A DNA stretch of 62,928 bases, filler included, from Octopus bimaculoides (Eukaryota): NCBI RefSeq assembly GCF_001194135.2. It is 4 parts of 3 records of this genome, joined end to end, with 100 filler letters (N's around TTAATTAATTAA, not from the genome) between each part and the next. Parts side by side here need not be neighbours in the genome. Positions count along the whole stretch, not along the records: positions 57,757 to 62,928 come from NC_069006.1; 3 more parts are not named here. One strand, given 5' to 3'. The notes below the pieces were generated by a model. The model worked only from the letters and a program-made list of their open reading frames with translations. It was not told the origin of the DNA and did no database searches. Of the stretch, positions 62,310-62,928 are shown one piece after another (positions within the stretch are counted from its first letter, which is position 1; each line of letters opens with the position of its first letter). The position numbers and the translations under genes are program-made.

Positions 62310-62928
62310 ACCTGTTTCAGTCATTCGACTGCGGCCATGCTGGAGCAAAGTCTTGAAGAATTCTAGTCGAATAAATCGGCCCCAGTTCTTCTTTTTGTAA
62401 AGCCTGGTACTTATTATATCAGTGTCTTTTGCTGAACGGCTAAGTTACGGAGTTGTCAACAAACCAACAGCAGTTGTCAAGCATTGATGGGGGACAAACA
62501 CAGACAGAAACACACACACACACACACACATGCATGTATATTATACTCTTTTACTCTTTTCAATCATTTGACTGCGGCCATGCTGGAGCACCACCTTTAG
62601 TCGAGTAAATCGACCCCGGGACTTATTCTTTGTAAGCCTAGTACTTATTCTATCTGTCTCTGTTGCCGAACCGCTAAGTTACGGTGACATAAACACACCA
62701 ACATCGGTTGTCAAGCAATGCTAGGGGGACAAACACAGACACACAAACACACACACACATATATACATATACATATACATATATACGACGGGCTTCTTTC
62801 AGTTTCCGTCTACCAAATCCACTCACAAGGCTTTGGTCGACCCGAGGCTATAGTAGAAGACACTTGCCCAAGGTGCCACACAGTGGGACTGAACCCCGAA
62901 CCATGTGGTTGGTAAGCAAGCTACTTAC
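62310..62928 (-). mobile_element. Two family A SINEs; the one at 62545-62928 is young and runs off the window end
   Basis: 62545-62928 matches the family consensus inferred from other copies, with CpGs intact. Confidence 0.88.

Overview
AT-rich, microsatellite-dense animal DNA. The SINE/MITE repertoire and (TA)n/(CA)n-flanked N gaps resemble an octopus draft assembly (probably Octopus bimaculoides; inferred, not verified). The window is four pieces joined by identical 100-bp artificial spacers (44 N + TTAATTAATTAA + 44 N at 20692, 34200 and 57657), so adjacency across them is uncertain. The only confidently identified host gene is UGCG (glucosylceramide synthase), present as its last two coding exons on + at 35356-35548 and 37640-37831, inside a CpG-depleted domain. 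A phase-consistent chain of unidentified minus-strand candidate exons lies at 13.6-17.5 kb, with weaker candidates at 3.1, 27.3 and 29.1-29.5 kb. The rest is mostly mobile DNA: a Penelope-like element, CR1/L2- and RTE-like LINE fragments, mariner and Tc1/maT-like fossils, a Chapaev3-like transposon, several MITEs, LTR-like repeats and at least four SINE families. The most interesting signals are two intact minimal (dimer-type) hammerhead ribozymes at 7741-7786 (behind a tRNA-like Pol III module) and 57082-57126 (followed by a run of hairpins), a MITE with an 8-bp TSD and a central telomeric (TAACCC)n/(GGGTTA)n palindrome, a young long-TIR element in (TA)n, a foldback rearrangement at 55.8-56.7 kb, and a ~69-bp hairpin tandem array at 61.5-62.1 kb. 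Almost all long ORFs in the supplied track are artefacts of N runs or microsatellites. No CRISPR array or prokaryotic features were seen.
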